In this document: positions 9,471-17,869 of the stretch, piece by piece
How positions within the stretch are numbered: position 1 is the stretch's first letter
Layout: each line of letters begins with the position of its first letter
Source: an uncultured Verrucomicrobiota bacterium
GTDB lineage: Bacteria > Verrucomicrobiota > Kiritimatiellia > JAAZAB01
NCBI GenBank assembly: GCA_964475405.1
Contig: CAYYWX010000012.1
Span: 2,679 to 66,678 of the forward strand
Direction of reading: 5' to 3'
DNA length: 64,000 nt
The notes under the pieces: generated by a model
Told to the model about the DNA's origin: nothing
The model's input: only the letters and a program-made list of their open reading frames with translations
The model's database searches: none
Translations under genes and position numbers: made by a program

Positions 9471-9942
9471 TCGGGCAATAGACATAGCTGACCAGTTCCT
9501 CGCCTGATTTATGACCGGTTTCCGACCAGGCCACCTTCGTGGTGACAATAAAAAGTTTTTTTTCGCCGTCCACCGGCCGAAGATCGCGTGAAAACGAGTA
9601 GCCGTCGTAATCAACCGCCTCCACTATGTTTTGATCGAGCTCGTTGGTGCCGCACAGGGGGTGCTCGCTCTCGCCGCGGTCCAGGACGGCGCGCGCCGTC
9701 TGGTAATTGCGCGCCATGCGGACCATCGCCAGGCATTTGGCCGTGGTCTCGACAAGGATAAAAATGCCGATGCTCAAAATGGCCAGGGCCAGCACGGCTT
9801 CAACCAGGGTCATGCCGCTCTGCCCTGTTTTTTGAACGACGGCGCCGGATAAAGACCGCGCCACATCGTGGCGCGCTACACCTTTTTCTGTAGCGCCGCA
9901 CGCTGCGCGGCGATTTGAAGATTTTAATTCACTCATTCCCAT
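9460..9942 (-). CDS. gspI: Minor pseudopilin GspI
   Basis: G|MTLVEAVLAL prepilin motif; position in operon. Confidence 0.82.
   Translation of the reverse strand: MGMSELKSSNRRAACGATEKGVARHDVARSLSGAVVQKTGQSGMTLVEAVLALAILSIGIFILVETTAKCLAMVRMARNYQTARAVLDRGESEHPLCGTNELDQNIVEAVDYDGYSFSRDLRPVDGEKKLFIVTTKVAWSETGHKSGEELVSYVYCPNEE
9857..9912. repeat. GTAG-type REP doublet inside the gspI leader coding region
   Basis: cgcgccac..gtggcgcgCTACA-spacer-TGTAGcgccgcac..gcggcg; a related half is at 29421-29444. Confidence 0.7.
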
Positions 9943-10603
9943 ACTCCGTCGTCTTCACGCTCGCCAGGGCGTCGACTTTAACGACCACATAATTGCCGCG
10001 CCGGTCAATAATTTTGACCGTAAAGGGCTGGCATAGCCCGTTGCGCTTGAAATTAACCGTGCAAAAGCCTTCGTCCATCTCGTCATGGCCGGCCACTTTC
10101 ACGGAAGCGATGTTTACGCCCTCCACCATGCGCGTAAAGCGGGGCAAGGTGGTGTTGGTGGAAGTCAGGTCAATCTGGCCGGACGCGAAATTGAATGAAA
10201 GCGTCAAGTCGGTCTGTTTCAAAACGGCCATGGAGCGCGCGTAACGCGCAACGGTCACCATCGTGCGCGCGGCCGATTTGAGGCGCTGGGCCTGGATGGA
10301 ACTCACCATGGACGGCATGGAAACCCCGAGGGCGATGCCGATGATGACGACGACCAGCAACAGCTCGATCATCGTGAAGCCATGCGGAAAGGCTGAAGGC
10401 AGAAGGCTGAAGGCAGAAGGTTTATGCGGTGCTTGTCTCACTTTACCTTTTATCCCAAGACGTTTGCCGTCTACAACACATTCCGCCTGCGGCTTATCTT
10501 TTCTGCATTCTTCATTTCCGCCTCTCGCCTCGGCGTAGCCGCCTCCGGCGGAGCCTGGGTCGCGGCACGGCAAAGCACCGCTACGGCGCGACGACGGCTG
10601 CAT
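9929..10603 (-). CDS. gspH: Minor pseudopilin GspH/FimT
   Basis: G|FTMIELLLVV, ARYARSMAV; start uncertain (ATG 10603 or GTG 10441). Confidence 0.85.
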   Translation of the reverse strand: MQPSSRRSGALPCRDPGSAGGGYAEARGGNEECRKDKPQAECVVDGKRLGIKGKVRQAPHKPSAFSLLPSAFPHGFTMIELLLVVVIIGIALGVSMPSMVSSIQAQRLKSAARTMVTVARYARSMAVLKQTDLTLSFNFASGQIDLTSTNTTLPRFTRMVEGVNIASVKVAGHDEMDEGFCTVNFKRNGLCQPFTVKIIDRRGNYVVVKVDALASVKTTEYGNE

Positions 10604-10607
10604 TTCT

Positions 10608-11048
10608 TCAGTTGGTAATATCGTCGCCGCCGCCATCGGCGCCGTTGGGTCCGTAAGATTTTATCTCGTAACCGTTATCCTTGGCGCTGTAGACAAATTC
10701 CTTACCCCACGGATCAGTCGGAATTTCGCCCTTTTTCAGATAAGGCCCTTTCCAGTTCAGTTCCGAGCCCTTCGTGATGAGGGCCTGCAGGCTCGCCGGA
10801 TAAGAGCCGTTATCAACCTCATACATATCCAGCGCCAGGCTTACATTTTCAATACTGGCCTTGGTGGCCGCGATCTGGGCTTCCTTGCCACGGCCGGTCA
10901 TGCGCGGCAACACCACCGCGGCAAGAATGCCGATGATGACCACCACCAGGAGGACTTCAATCAAGGTAAAGCCGGCGCGCTGTCCGGAACGCTCTTCTTT
11001 TTGCAAGAAATATTTATTCATAATTATTACTCCTGTTTGTGACTCCAA
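10608..11048 (-). CDS. gspG: Major pseudopilin GspG
   Basis: G|FTLIEVLLVV, WKGPYL, DPWG, SYGPNG..GGGDDI. Confidence 0.96.
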   Translation of the reverse strand: MESQTGVIIMNKYFLQKEERSGQRAGFTLIEVLLVVVIIGILAAVVLPRMTGRGKEAQIAATKASIENVSLALDMYEVDNGSYPASLQALITKGSELNWKGPYLKKGEIPTDPWGKEFVYSAKDNGYEIKSYGPNGADGGGDDITN

Positions 11049-11064
11049 TACCAGATATTATACT

Positions 11065-11131
11065 CTGGATTCCCGCTTTCCGCCGTCGTCTCGCAAAGGC
11101 GGACTATGGCGCACAAGTCGCGGGAATGACA
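11065..11131. repeat. CTGGATTCCCGC...GCGGGAATGACA palindromic REP with a second REP nested in its loop
   Basis: Outer arms ATTCCCGC/GCGGGAAT enclose TCCGCC..GGCGGACTATGGCG. Confidence 0.75.
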
Positions 11132-11222
11132 GATAAGATTTTTTTCTCTGCCACTTTGTGCCTTCTGCCTCTGTGCCTATGCTTGCCCGCCAAAGCTTCT
11201 GAGCGACGGCAGGTGCCTTTCC

Positions 11223-12467
11223 TTACGCATTCAATCCGTTCGTCACCTCAAAGACCGCCAGCAGAATGCTGATGGCCACGAACCCAACCACCACCGCCAT
11301 GAGCACGATCAGGACCGGCTCAAGCACGGTTGTGAATATTTTTATGCTCCGGTCAAGATTGTTTTCATAGCGGCGGGCGATATGATTCAAGGCGCCGGCC
11401 ATGTCGCCTGTTTCCTCGCCGATCGCGAGCATGTCGGTCAGCATCTGCGGGAAGACCTTGCCGGCCGCCAATGGCTTTGAGATGCTCGTGCCGTCGGTCA
11501 CCCTGTCCCGGGCGTTGCGGATTTCGGCGGCAATGACCGAGTTTTGCACGGTTTTTTCGCCGATCGCCAGGGCGTCCAGGACCGGCACGCCGTTGGCAAT
11601 CAGCATGCCGAGCGTGCGCGCGAACTGGCTGAAAGCCCCGGCCATGACAATATCCCTGATGAGCGGCATTTTCAAATTAAAGCCGTCCATGGCGGTCCGG
11701 CCGGCCTCGGTGCGCAGGTAACGCCGGAATAAGACAATGAGGATAACCATCAGGATCGCGATAAGCCAGCCGTAATGAATCATCAGCGTGCTGATGCCGA
11801 TCAGCATCCTGGTCGGCAAAGGCAGGGTGCTGCCCAAATCCTTGAAAATGACTGAAAAGCGCGGGATGACGAACACCATGCTGAAAATGAGCACGCCGAC
11901 ACCGACCGTGATCACGATGCCGGGATAGACCAGCGCCATCACGACCTTCTCCTTGGCCTCCTGGAGGCGCTCGTAATGGCGCACGATCCGCTGCATGATT
12001 TCCGCCAGGTTGCCGGCGGCTTCGCCCGCGCGGATCAGGCTGGTGTAAAGCGAGGGAAAAGTTTCCGGGAACTGGGCCATGGATTGCGAGAGGCTCGTCC
12101 CGCGCACGATGTCATCGCGGATCGTCTTGACGATAGTATCGTAGGACTGGCTGGTGCGGCGGCGGGCAAGGGTGTTGAGGGCGTTGCCGAGTTTCATGCC
12201 GGAGGCCAGGAGATCGCTCAATTCCGTCGTGAGAATGAGCATTTCGCGCGTGCCCATTCTCTCCCGGCGGCTCCGCCGGTGAAAAAGGTTCCGCCAGTCA
12301 ACCGATTTGTTTTGCTTTTCGGCCGCGGCGACTTTTTCCTCGACCGTGATCGGCACGCACCCCTGGCGTTCAATCTGCAACAGGGCGGCCCGGCGGTCCA
12401 CGGCTTCGACCCTGCCCTCCACCCTTTCCCCGGCGCGCGACCTGGCAACATAAATAAAGTTGGGCAT
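11223..12467 (-). CDS. gspF: T2SS inner-membrane platform protein GspF
   Basis: Two T2SSF domains (AGEAAGNL, IGEETGDM, LEPVLI). Confidence 0.96.
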   Translation of the reverse strand: MPNFIYVARSRAGERVEGRVEAVDRRAALLQIERQGCVPITVEEKVAAAEKQNKSVDWRNLFHRRSRRERMGTREMLILTTELSDLLASGMKLGNALNTLARRRTSQSYDTIVKTIRDDIVRGTSLSQSMAQFPETFPSLYTSLIRAGEAAGNLAEIMQRIVRHYERLQEAKEKVVMALVYPGIVITVGVGVLIFSMVFVIPRFSVIFKDLGSTLPLPTRMLIGISTLMIHYGWLIAILMVILIVLFRRYLRTEAGRTAMDGFNLKMPLIRDIVMAGAFSQFARTLGMLIANGVPVLDALAIGEKTVQNSVIAAEIRNARDRVTDGTSISKPLAAGKVFPQMLTDMLAIGEETGDMAGALNHIARRYENNLDRSIKIFTTVLEPVLIVLMAVVVGFVAISILLAVFEVTNGLNA

Positions 12468-12489
12468 GTTCTTCTCTTAATTATTCACC

Positions 12490-12555
12490 GACCACAGACC
12501 GCTGTCCATAGTCCACGGTCGACCGTTGACCGTGGACTGTCGACCATCAACCGTC
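12490..12555. repeat. Inverted pair of degenerate 7-mer arrays (GTCCACG / CGTGGAC)
   Basis: gaccaca gaccgct gtccata gtccacg ... cgttgac cgtggac tgtcgac catcaac between gspE and gspF. Confidence 0.75.
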
Positions 12556-12567
12556 TTTGTTCCGGCT

Positions 12568-14307
12568 CTATTCATCTTCCTCCGTCACCCGTAAAACTTC
12601 TTCAATTGTCGTGACGCCGTTTTTCACCTTGACCCAGCCGTCATCACGGAGCGTGCGCATGCCCTGCTTGATAGCCGTCTGCTTGATCACGTTGGACGAT
12701 TCCCGCCCGATAACCAGGGGACGGATCACGTCGGTCACCGCCAGCACTTCAAAAATGCCCTTGCGGCCGAGGAACCCGGTCCGCCGGCATTTTTCGCACC
12801 CCGCCGACTCGTAGACCTTGGTTGTGCCGGATTTCCCGGCGGGGAAATTAATTTCCTTCAAAAATGATTCTTCTATCTCGGTCTCGCGCCGGCAGGCATC
12901 GCACAAAACCCTCACCAGCCGCTGGGCGATGATGGCTTCAACCGAGGAAGCCACCAGGAACGGCTCAACGCGCATGTCAATCAGGCGCGTTATCGCGCCG
13001 GCCGCGTCGTTGGTATGCAGCGTGCTGAAAACCAGGTGGCCGGTCATGGAGGCGCGGATCGCGATTTCCGCCGTCTCATAGTCGCGGATTTCCCCCACCA
13101 TGATCACGTCCGGGTCCTGGCGCAGGATATGCCTTAAGCCCATGGCGAAAGTCAGGCCGATCTCGGGCCGGACGGCGATCTGGTTGACCCCGGAAATCTC
13201 GTATTCAATCGGCTCCTCGACGGTAATGATGCGCTGGTCAATGGAGTTGATCGTGTGCAGGCAGGAATAAAGCGTGGTGGACTTGCCCGACCCGGTCGGT
13301 CCGGTCACCAGCAGGATGCCGTGCGGTTTTTCAATCAGCTTGCGGATAATCGCCTCGTCGGAAGGATTCATGCCGATGCCGTCGAGTTCAAGCAAACCGG
13401 TCCCGCGCGTCAAAAGACGGAGGCTGATGCTTTCGCCGTAGACAGTCGGAATAGTGGAAACGCGGATATCCAGGCTCTCGCCGTGGATGCTCAAACCTAT
13501 GCGGCCATCCTGCGGCAGGCGCTTTTCGGCGATGTCCATGTTGGCCATGACCTTGATCCGGGATATGATCGCCGCCTGGAAACGTTTCAACTGCGGCGGC
13601 ATGGAGGTCTGGTGCAAGACTCCGTCAACCCGGTAGCGGATGCGCAATTCGTCCTCCATCGGCTCAAAATGAATATCCGTGGCGCGGTCCTTGTAGGCCT
13701 CCCAGATGACCTGGTTGACGAACTTGACAATGGACGCTTCCTGGTCCAGGTCGCTTAAATCAACCTTGTCCAGGAGCGCCTGGGAAGGGTCTTCAATCGT
13801 ATTGTCCTCAATAAGCCTTTCAACCGTGTCCGCGCCGACGCCGTAAAATTTATTGATGGCCTTGGCGATATCGGCCGAGGGGCTCAGAATCATCCGCACC
13901 CTCATCCCGGACACAAGCCGCACGGCATCGGTCACATTGGCGTTGAACGGGTCGCTGGTGGCAATTTTCATCGTGCCGTTTTCAATCGCAACCGGGATGA
14001 TATTGTACTGAAAAACAACCTTGGCCGGCAGGCGCATCAGCGCGTCTTTGCCGATGGCGACATCATTCAAGCGCTGGAACGGCACGGCCATGGCCTTGCC
14101 GATGGCGGCGAGGAAATCGGCTTCGGACGCGTAACCGGCCTCCAGGATTATCTGGGTGACGGAAAGATTGCCTTCGTTTTTCCGCGTCAAAACGCCGGCA
14201 ATCTGTTCATCGCTCAACAGGCCGCTGCGTTTCAGCAATTCCGCCAGGCGGGTCCGGGCCGGCGTCTTACCGTCTTTATTTTCCGCAAGTATTGAAGGAG
14301 TTGACAT
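12568..14307 (-). CDS. gspE: T2SS ATPase GspE/PulE
   Basis: Walker A GPTGSGKS, LRQDPDVIMVGEIRD, His box, CxxC...CxxC Zn motif. Confidence 0.97.
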   Translation of the reverse strand: MSTPSILAENKDGKTPARTRLAELLKRSGLLSDEQIAGVLTRKNEGNLSVTQIILEAGYASEADFLAAIGKAMAVPFQRLNDVAIGKDALMRLPAKVVFQYNIIPVAIENGTMKIATSDPFNANVTDAVRLVSGMRVRMILSPSADIAKAINKFYGVGADTVERLIEDNTIEDPSQALLDKVDLSDLDQEASIVKFVNQVIWEAYKDRATDIHFEPMEDELRIRYRVDGVLHQTSMPPQLKRFQAAIISRIKVMANMDIAEKRLPQDGRIGLSIHGESLDIRVSTIPTVYGESISLRLLTRGTGLLELDGIGMNPSDEAIIRKLIEKPHGILLVTGPTGSGKSTTLYSCLHTINSIDQRIITVEEPIEYEISGVNQIAVRPEIGLTFAMGLRHILRQDPDVIMVGEIRDYETAEIAIRASMTGHLVFSTLHTNDAAGAITRLIDMRVEPFLVASSVEAIIAQRLVRVLCDACRRETEIEESFLKEINFPAGKSGTTKVYESAGCEKCRRTGFLGRKGIFEVLAVTDVIRPLVIGRESSNVIKQTAIKQGMRTLRDDGWVKVKNGVTTIEEVLRVTEEDE

Positions 14308-14326
14308 GGTTTAATTTATATTTGTT

Positions 14327-14355
14327 AATTTATGGCTTTAAACGCCAAATGTCAA
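14327..14355 (-). promoter_or_regulatory. sigma70 promoter of the gsp operon
   Basis: TTGACA-17 nt-TAAATT on the minus strand, -10 about 20 nt upstream of gspE. Confidence 0.65.
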
Positions 14356-14384
14356 GCCGGGTGAAAAAAGATTTGATTTTTCAA

Positions 14385-14412
14385 TTGACTTAAGGCCGGT
14401 ATTTCTTATTCT
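14385..14412 (+). promoter_or_regulatory. Putative promoter of rplU-rpmA-obgE
   Basis: TTGACT-16 nt-TATTCT. Confidence 0.5.
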
Positions 14413-14498
14413 ATTCCCCTTTTACGCCCGAAACAAACCACGCCGCTCCGCCCCGGGCGGGAAAGCGTGGTAAATTGAATTAATTAATGCAGGTCACT

Positions 14499-14816
14499 AT
14501 GAGCGCTTATGCGGTAATCCAAACCGGCGGCAAGCAGTACCTCGTTCATCAGGATGATGTTTTTGAGGTTGAACTCCTGCGCGCCGAGGCCGGATCAGAC
14601 ATTGAAATTAAACCGGTCCTCGCCGTTTCCGACGGGACCACCCTGACAATCGGCCAGCCGGCCGTTGAAACAGCGTCCGTCAAGGCAACCGTCGTCAAGC
14701 ACATCCGCGGCCCGAAAGTCATATCTTTCAAAATGAAACGCCGCAAGGGATACCACCGCAAAAAGGGGCACCGGCAGGAACTGACTGTTTTGCGGATAAA
14801 AGAGATAAAAATGTAA
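14499..14816 (+). CDS. rplU: 50S ribosomal protein L21
   Basis: YAVIQTGGKQY, KRRKGY..KKGHRQ. Confidence 0.98.
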   Translation: MSAYAVIQTGGKQYLVHQDDVFEVELLRAEAGSDIEIKPVLAVSDGTTLTIGQPAVETASVKATVVKHIRGPKVISFKMKRRKGYHRKKGHRQELTVLRIKEIKM

Positions 14817-14824
14817 GAACTCGC

Positions 14825-14891
14825 CTCTGATTACACGGATATTGTCAGACGGCGAGACAGTTAACATCAGTGTAATCCGTGATATCCGTGG
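14825..14891. repeat. Inverted 9-mer REP pair (TTACACGGAT / ATCCGTG)
   Basis: ctgattacacggat...atcagtgtaatccgtgatatccgtgg between rplU and rpmA. Confidence 0.65.
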
Positions 14892-14930
14892 TGAAAATAT
14901 CATTGGATATCAGAAAGAACGGGGAAGAAC

Positions 14931-15188
14931 ATGGCGGATACAAAAAAAGGCGGGCATGCGGTCAACGGGCGCGATAGTTGCGGCAAGCGCCTTGGCGTCA
15001 AGTGCTTTGACGGCGAAACCGTCAAGGCCGGATCAATCATCACCCGCCAGCGCGGGACAAAGTTAATGGCCGGGACCAACGTCCGGCGCGGCCGCGACGA
15101 CACTCTTTTCGCACTCAAGCCGGGCATTGTCCGGTTCATCAAGCACACCAAATTCGTCCGCGTTGACGAAATTGCCCCCGCCAAGTGA
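14931..15188 (+). CDS. rpmA: 50S ribosomal protein L27
   Basis: [31 protein letters not shown]. Confidence 0.97.
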   Translation: MADTKKGGHAVNGRDSCGKRLGVKCFDGETVKAGSIITRQRGTKLMAGTNVRRGRDDTLFALKPGIVRFIKHTKFVRVDEIAPAK

Positions 15189-16198
15189 AAGGCCATCGCT
15201 TCATTGAAACGGCCAAGGCAACCCTTATGGCCGGCAAAGGCGGCAATGGCTGCTGCAGTTTCCGCAGGGAAAAATACGTGCCGATGGGCGGACCGAGCGG
15301 CGGCGACGGCGGCCGCGGCGCGAACATAATCCTCCAAGCCGACAAGAACGTTGACTCACTCCTCGCCTTTTACTTCCGTCCCGAATATCGCGCGCCGGAC
15401 GGCGGCCACGGCATGGGCAAAAAAATGCACGGCCGAAACGGAGAAGACCTTGTCCTCAAAGTGCCTTGCGGAACGATCGTTTCCGACCTGGAAAGCGGCG
15501 AAATCCTCGCCGACCTGCCGGCCGACGGCGACCGGATCGTCATCGCCAAGGGCGGCAAGGGCGGCCTGGGCAATTGCCACTGGCTGACCAGCACCCACCG
15601 CGGACCGACGGAACACACTCCCGGCGCGGAGGGCGAGATCAAAAAACTGAAATTGGACTTGAAAATCGTGGCCGATATCGGCCTGATCGGATTTCCGAAC
15701 GCCGGCAAATCAACCCTCATCAGCATGATCAGCCACGCCCACCCCAAGGTGGCCTCCTACCCCTTCACCACGCTTTACCCGGTGATCGGGACAATTAAGG
15801 ACGATCCTTTCAGCGACGATGAATTCAAGGTGGTGGACATTCCCGGCCTGATAAAAGACGCCCACCGGGGAGCCGGGTTGGGGCACGCCTTCCTCCGGCA
15901 CGTGGAGCGCACGCGCGCGCTGGTGTTTATCGTGGACATGGCCGGGACCGATGGAAGGCATCCGGCGGACGATTTCCTGACGCTGCGCGACGAGATCGGG
16001 CGTTACAAGGCGGAACTGCTGGATCGGCCGGCGCTGGTCGCGGCCAACAAGATGGATGTGCCGGAAAGCGCGAAATTGCTCAAGGAATTTGTTAAGCGCA
16101 CCAAAACCAAGCCGATTAAAATCAGCGCGCTGACCGGCGAAGGGGTTGACGAATTGAAGAAAGCCATGACCGGCCTGGCTTTGAAGCAGAAAGTGTAG
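15185..16198 (+). CDS. obgE: GTPase Obg/CgtA
   Basis: Gly-rich Obg domain ([16 protein letters not shown]), [21 protein letters not shown]; GTG start overlaps the rpmA stop. Confidence 0.97.
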   Translation: MKGHRFIETAKATLMAGKGGNGCCSFRREKYVPMGGPSGGDGGRGANIILQADKNVDSLLAFYFRPEYRAPDGGHGMGKKMHGRNGEDLVLKVPCGTIVSDLESGEILADLPADGDRIVIAKGGKGGLGNCHWLTSTHRGPTEHTPGAEGEIKKLKLDLKIVADIGLIGFPNAGKSTLISMISHAHPKVASYPFTTLYPVIGTIKDDPFSDDEFKVVDIPGLIKDAHRGAGLGHAFLRHVERTRALVFIVDMAGTDGRHPADDFLTLRDEIGRYKAELLDRPALVAANKMDVPESAKLLKEFVKRTKTKPIKISALTGEGVDELKKAMTGLALKQKV

Positions 16199-16301
16199 CC
16201 GCGGCCGAGCTTTAAATCCGCCTCAACTGCCCATCCTTCGCCCTGTAGTTATGCGAAGCGCATACTACAGTGCTACGGAGGGTGAAAGTGAGGCGGCTAC
16301 A
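16194..16301. repeat. REPIN-like element 1 (TGTAGCCGC...GCGGCTACA) with nested insert
   Basis: Inverted GTAG-capped ends; near-identical core in 16783-16907 and 17018-17186. Confidence 0.9.
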
Positions 16302-16773
16302 TTTCCAGATCGGCTATTTTGCCCAGATACGGCCACTCTTCCTTTTGCGCACATAATCCTGCTCGGACAGGATTCATTAAAACGTACGCACACTTTTCCC
16401 GGTAACTTTCGGCATGACGAAGTAAATGGTCAAAAAAACCTTCTTGCCAGTGCGGTTTAACCACGTTCAATTTTAACAGTGTCTTGCTTAAATAACATTT
16501 TAACGCCTTGATCCAATTTTGTAAGGATGCATGAACAGGATCACACCACACAAATAAATGAATATGCGTGGGCATGATTACATAATATCCGACAGAAATG
16601 GCACGGGTTTTCGCTTCCCGGCAAAATGCGATAAAATCCAGATGAATTTCAGGATGCGATAAAATTGGACTCTGTTTGTAAGCGTTAAACGTAACGAAAT
16701 AAACAGGCTTATATCCATCATAGATTGTGCTTAAGCGAGGTGGTCTGTTTGGATATGCACGTTGCATGTTCAA
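16297..16773 (-). mobile_element. rayT: REP-associated tyrosine transposase (RAYT, Y1 HUH)
   Basis: YFVTF, HUH motif MPTHIH, WQEGFFDH, catalytic Y in YVLMNPVRAGL, WPY; flanked by GTAG REPs. Confidence 0.92.
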
Positions 16774-16782
16774 TCTAATAAT

Positions 16783-17186
16783 TGTAGCCGCGGCACTCCG
16801 CTGCCGCGTCCCGAGATTTAAATCCGCCTCAACTGCCCATCCTTCGCCCTATAGTTATGCGAAGCGCATACTGCAGGGCTACGGAGGGTGAAAGTGAGGC
16901 GGCTACATTATGATCGAAATATTTCATCTTTGTAGCCGCGGCGCTCCGTTGCCGCGTCCGAAACAAATCCGCCTCAACTGAGTGAGGCGGCTACATTTCC
17001 AGGCAATGTTTGTTTTATGTAGCCGCGGCACCACGCCTGTCGGCGTGGTAAACTCTGCTTGCCACGCATTGAAGCGTGGCTGCCGCGTTCCGAACTTTAA
17101 ATCCGCCTCAACTGCCCATCCTTCGCCCTGTAGTTATGCGAAGCGCATACTGCAGGGCTACGGAGGGTGAAAGTGAGGCGGCTACA
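16783..17186. repeat. REPIN-like elements 2-4 (16783-16907, 16931-16995, 17018-17186)
   Basis: Three TGTAGCCGCGGC...GTGAGGCGGCTACA units; unit 3 lacks the ~55-bp inner insert and unit 4 has an extra CCACGC/GCGTGG insert. Confidence 0.9.
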
Positions 17187-17202
17187 TTTCCAGACATTTC
17201 CT

Positions 17203-17781
17203 TCAGAACAGATTGCTTTCAATCAGCTCGCAGAGGATGTGGCCGATGGTGATGTGCGCCTCCTGGATGCGGGGCGTATCCTCGGAAGGGACCGCGAAGC
17301 AGTAATCGCAAAGTCTTTCCATCCGGACGCTCTTTTTACCCGTCAAGCCGACGGTGATGATTTTCATTTTCCGGCATTGCTCCAGGGCCTTTATAATGTT
17401 GGCCGATGAGCCGGAGGTGGAGATGCCGATAAACATGTCGCCTTTCACGCCCAGCGCCTGGACCTGGCGCGCGTAAACATTCTTGTAGCATGAATCATTG
17501 GCAATGCAGGTCAACACGGACGTGTCGGTTGAAAGCGAGATCGCGGCCAGGGCCGGCCGGTCAAAACGGAAACGGTTGACCAGTTCGCCCGCGAGGTGCT
17601 GGGCATCGGCTGCGCTGCCGCCGTTGCCCGCCAGCATGATCTTATGCCCGGAGCAATAAACTCTTTCGGCCGCGCGCGCCACTCGCGCGATGCGCGCGAT
17701 AAACGCCCGGTCGGCGAGGATGGCCTGCTTGACCTTGATTGACTGCTGGATCGTCTCGCTGATAAATTTATTTATATTCAT
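17203..17781 (-). CDS. gmhA: D-sedoheptulose 7-phosphate isomerase
   Basis: GNGGSAADAQHLAGEL, ISTSGSSAN, RIQEAHITIGHILCE. Confidence 0.96.
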   Translation of the reverse strand: MNINKFISETIQQSIKVKQAILADRAFIARIARVARAAERVYCSGHKIMLAGNGGSAADAQHLAGELVNRFRFDRPALAAISLSTDTSVLTCIANDSCYKNVYARQVQALGVKGDMFIGISTSGSSANIIKALEQCRKMKIITVGLTGKKSVRMERLCDYCFAVPSEDTPRIQEAHITIGHILCELIESNLF

Positions 17782-17869
17782 ATCTTCATTCCTTACGCTT
17801 CATTATCTCCTTGTTTACGGGCTATCCCGCGACACGTCATGTCCGTCATTCTTCATTTCATTCTCCCCA

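Noticed and set aside
3126-13758. Many plus-strand ORFs of 60-240 aa antisense to the gsp genes
   Set aside because: Expected shadow ORFs of GC-rich coding DNA
16194-17186. CRISPR array
   Set aside because: Units are 65-170 bp, irregular and GTAG-capped, and flank a RAYT; there are no constant repeat-spacer periods and no cas genes
16251-17409. Plus-strand ORFs 16251-16460, 16982-17170 and 17167-17409
   Set aside because: Derived from REP sequence or antisense to RAYT and gmhA
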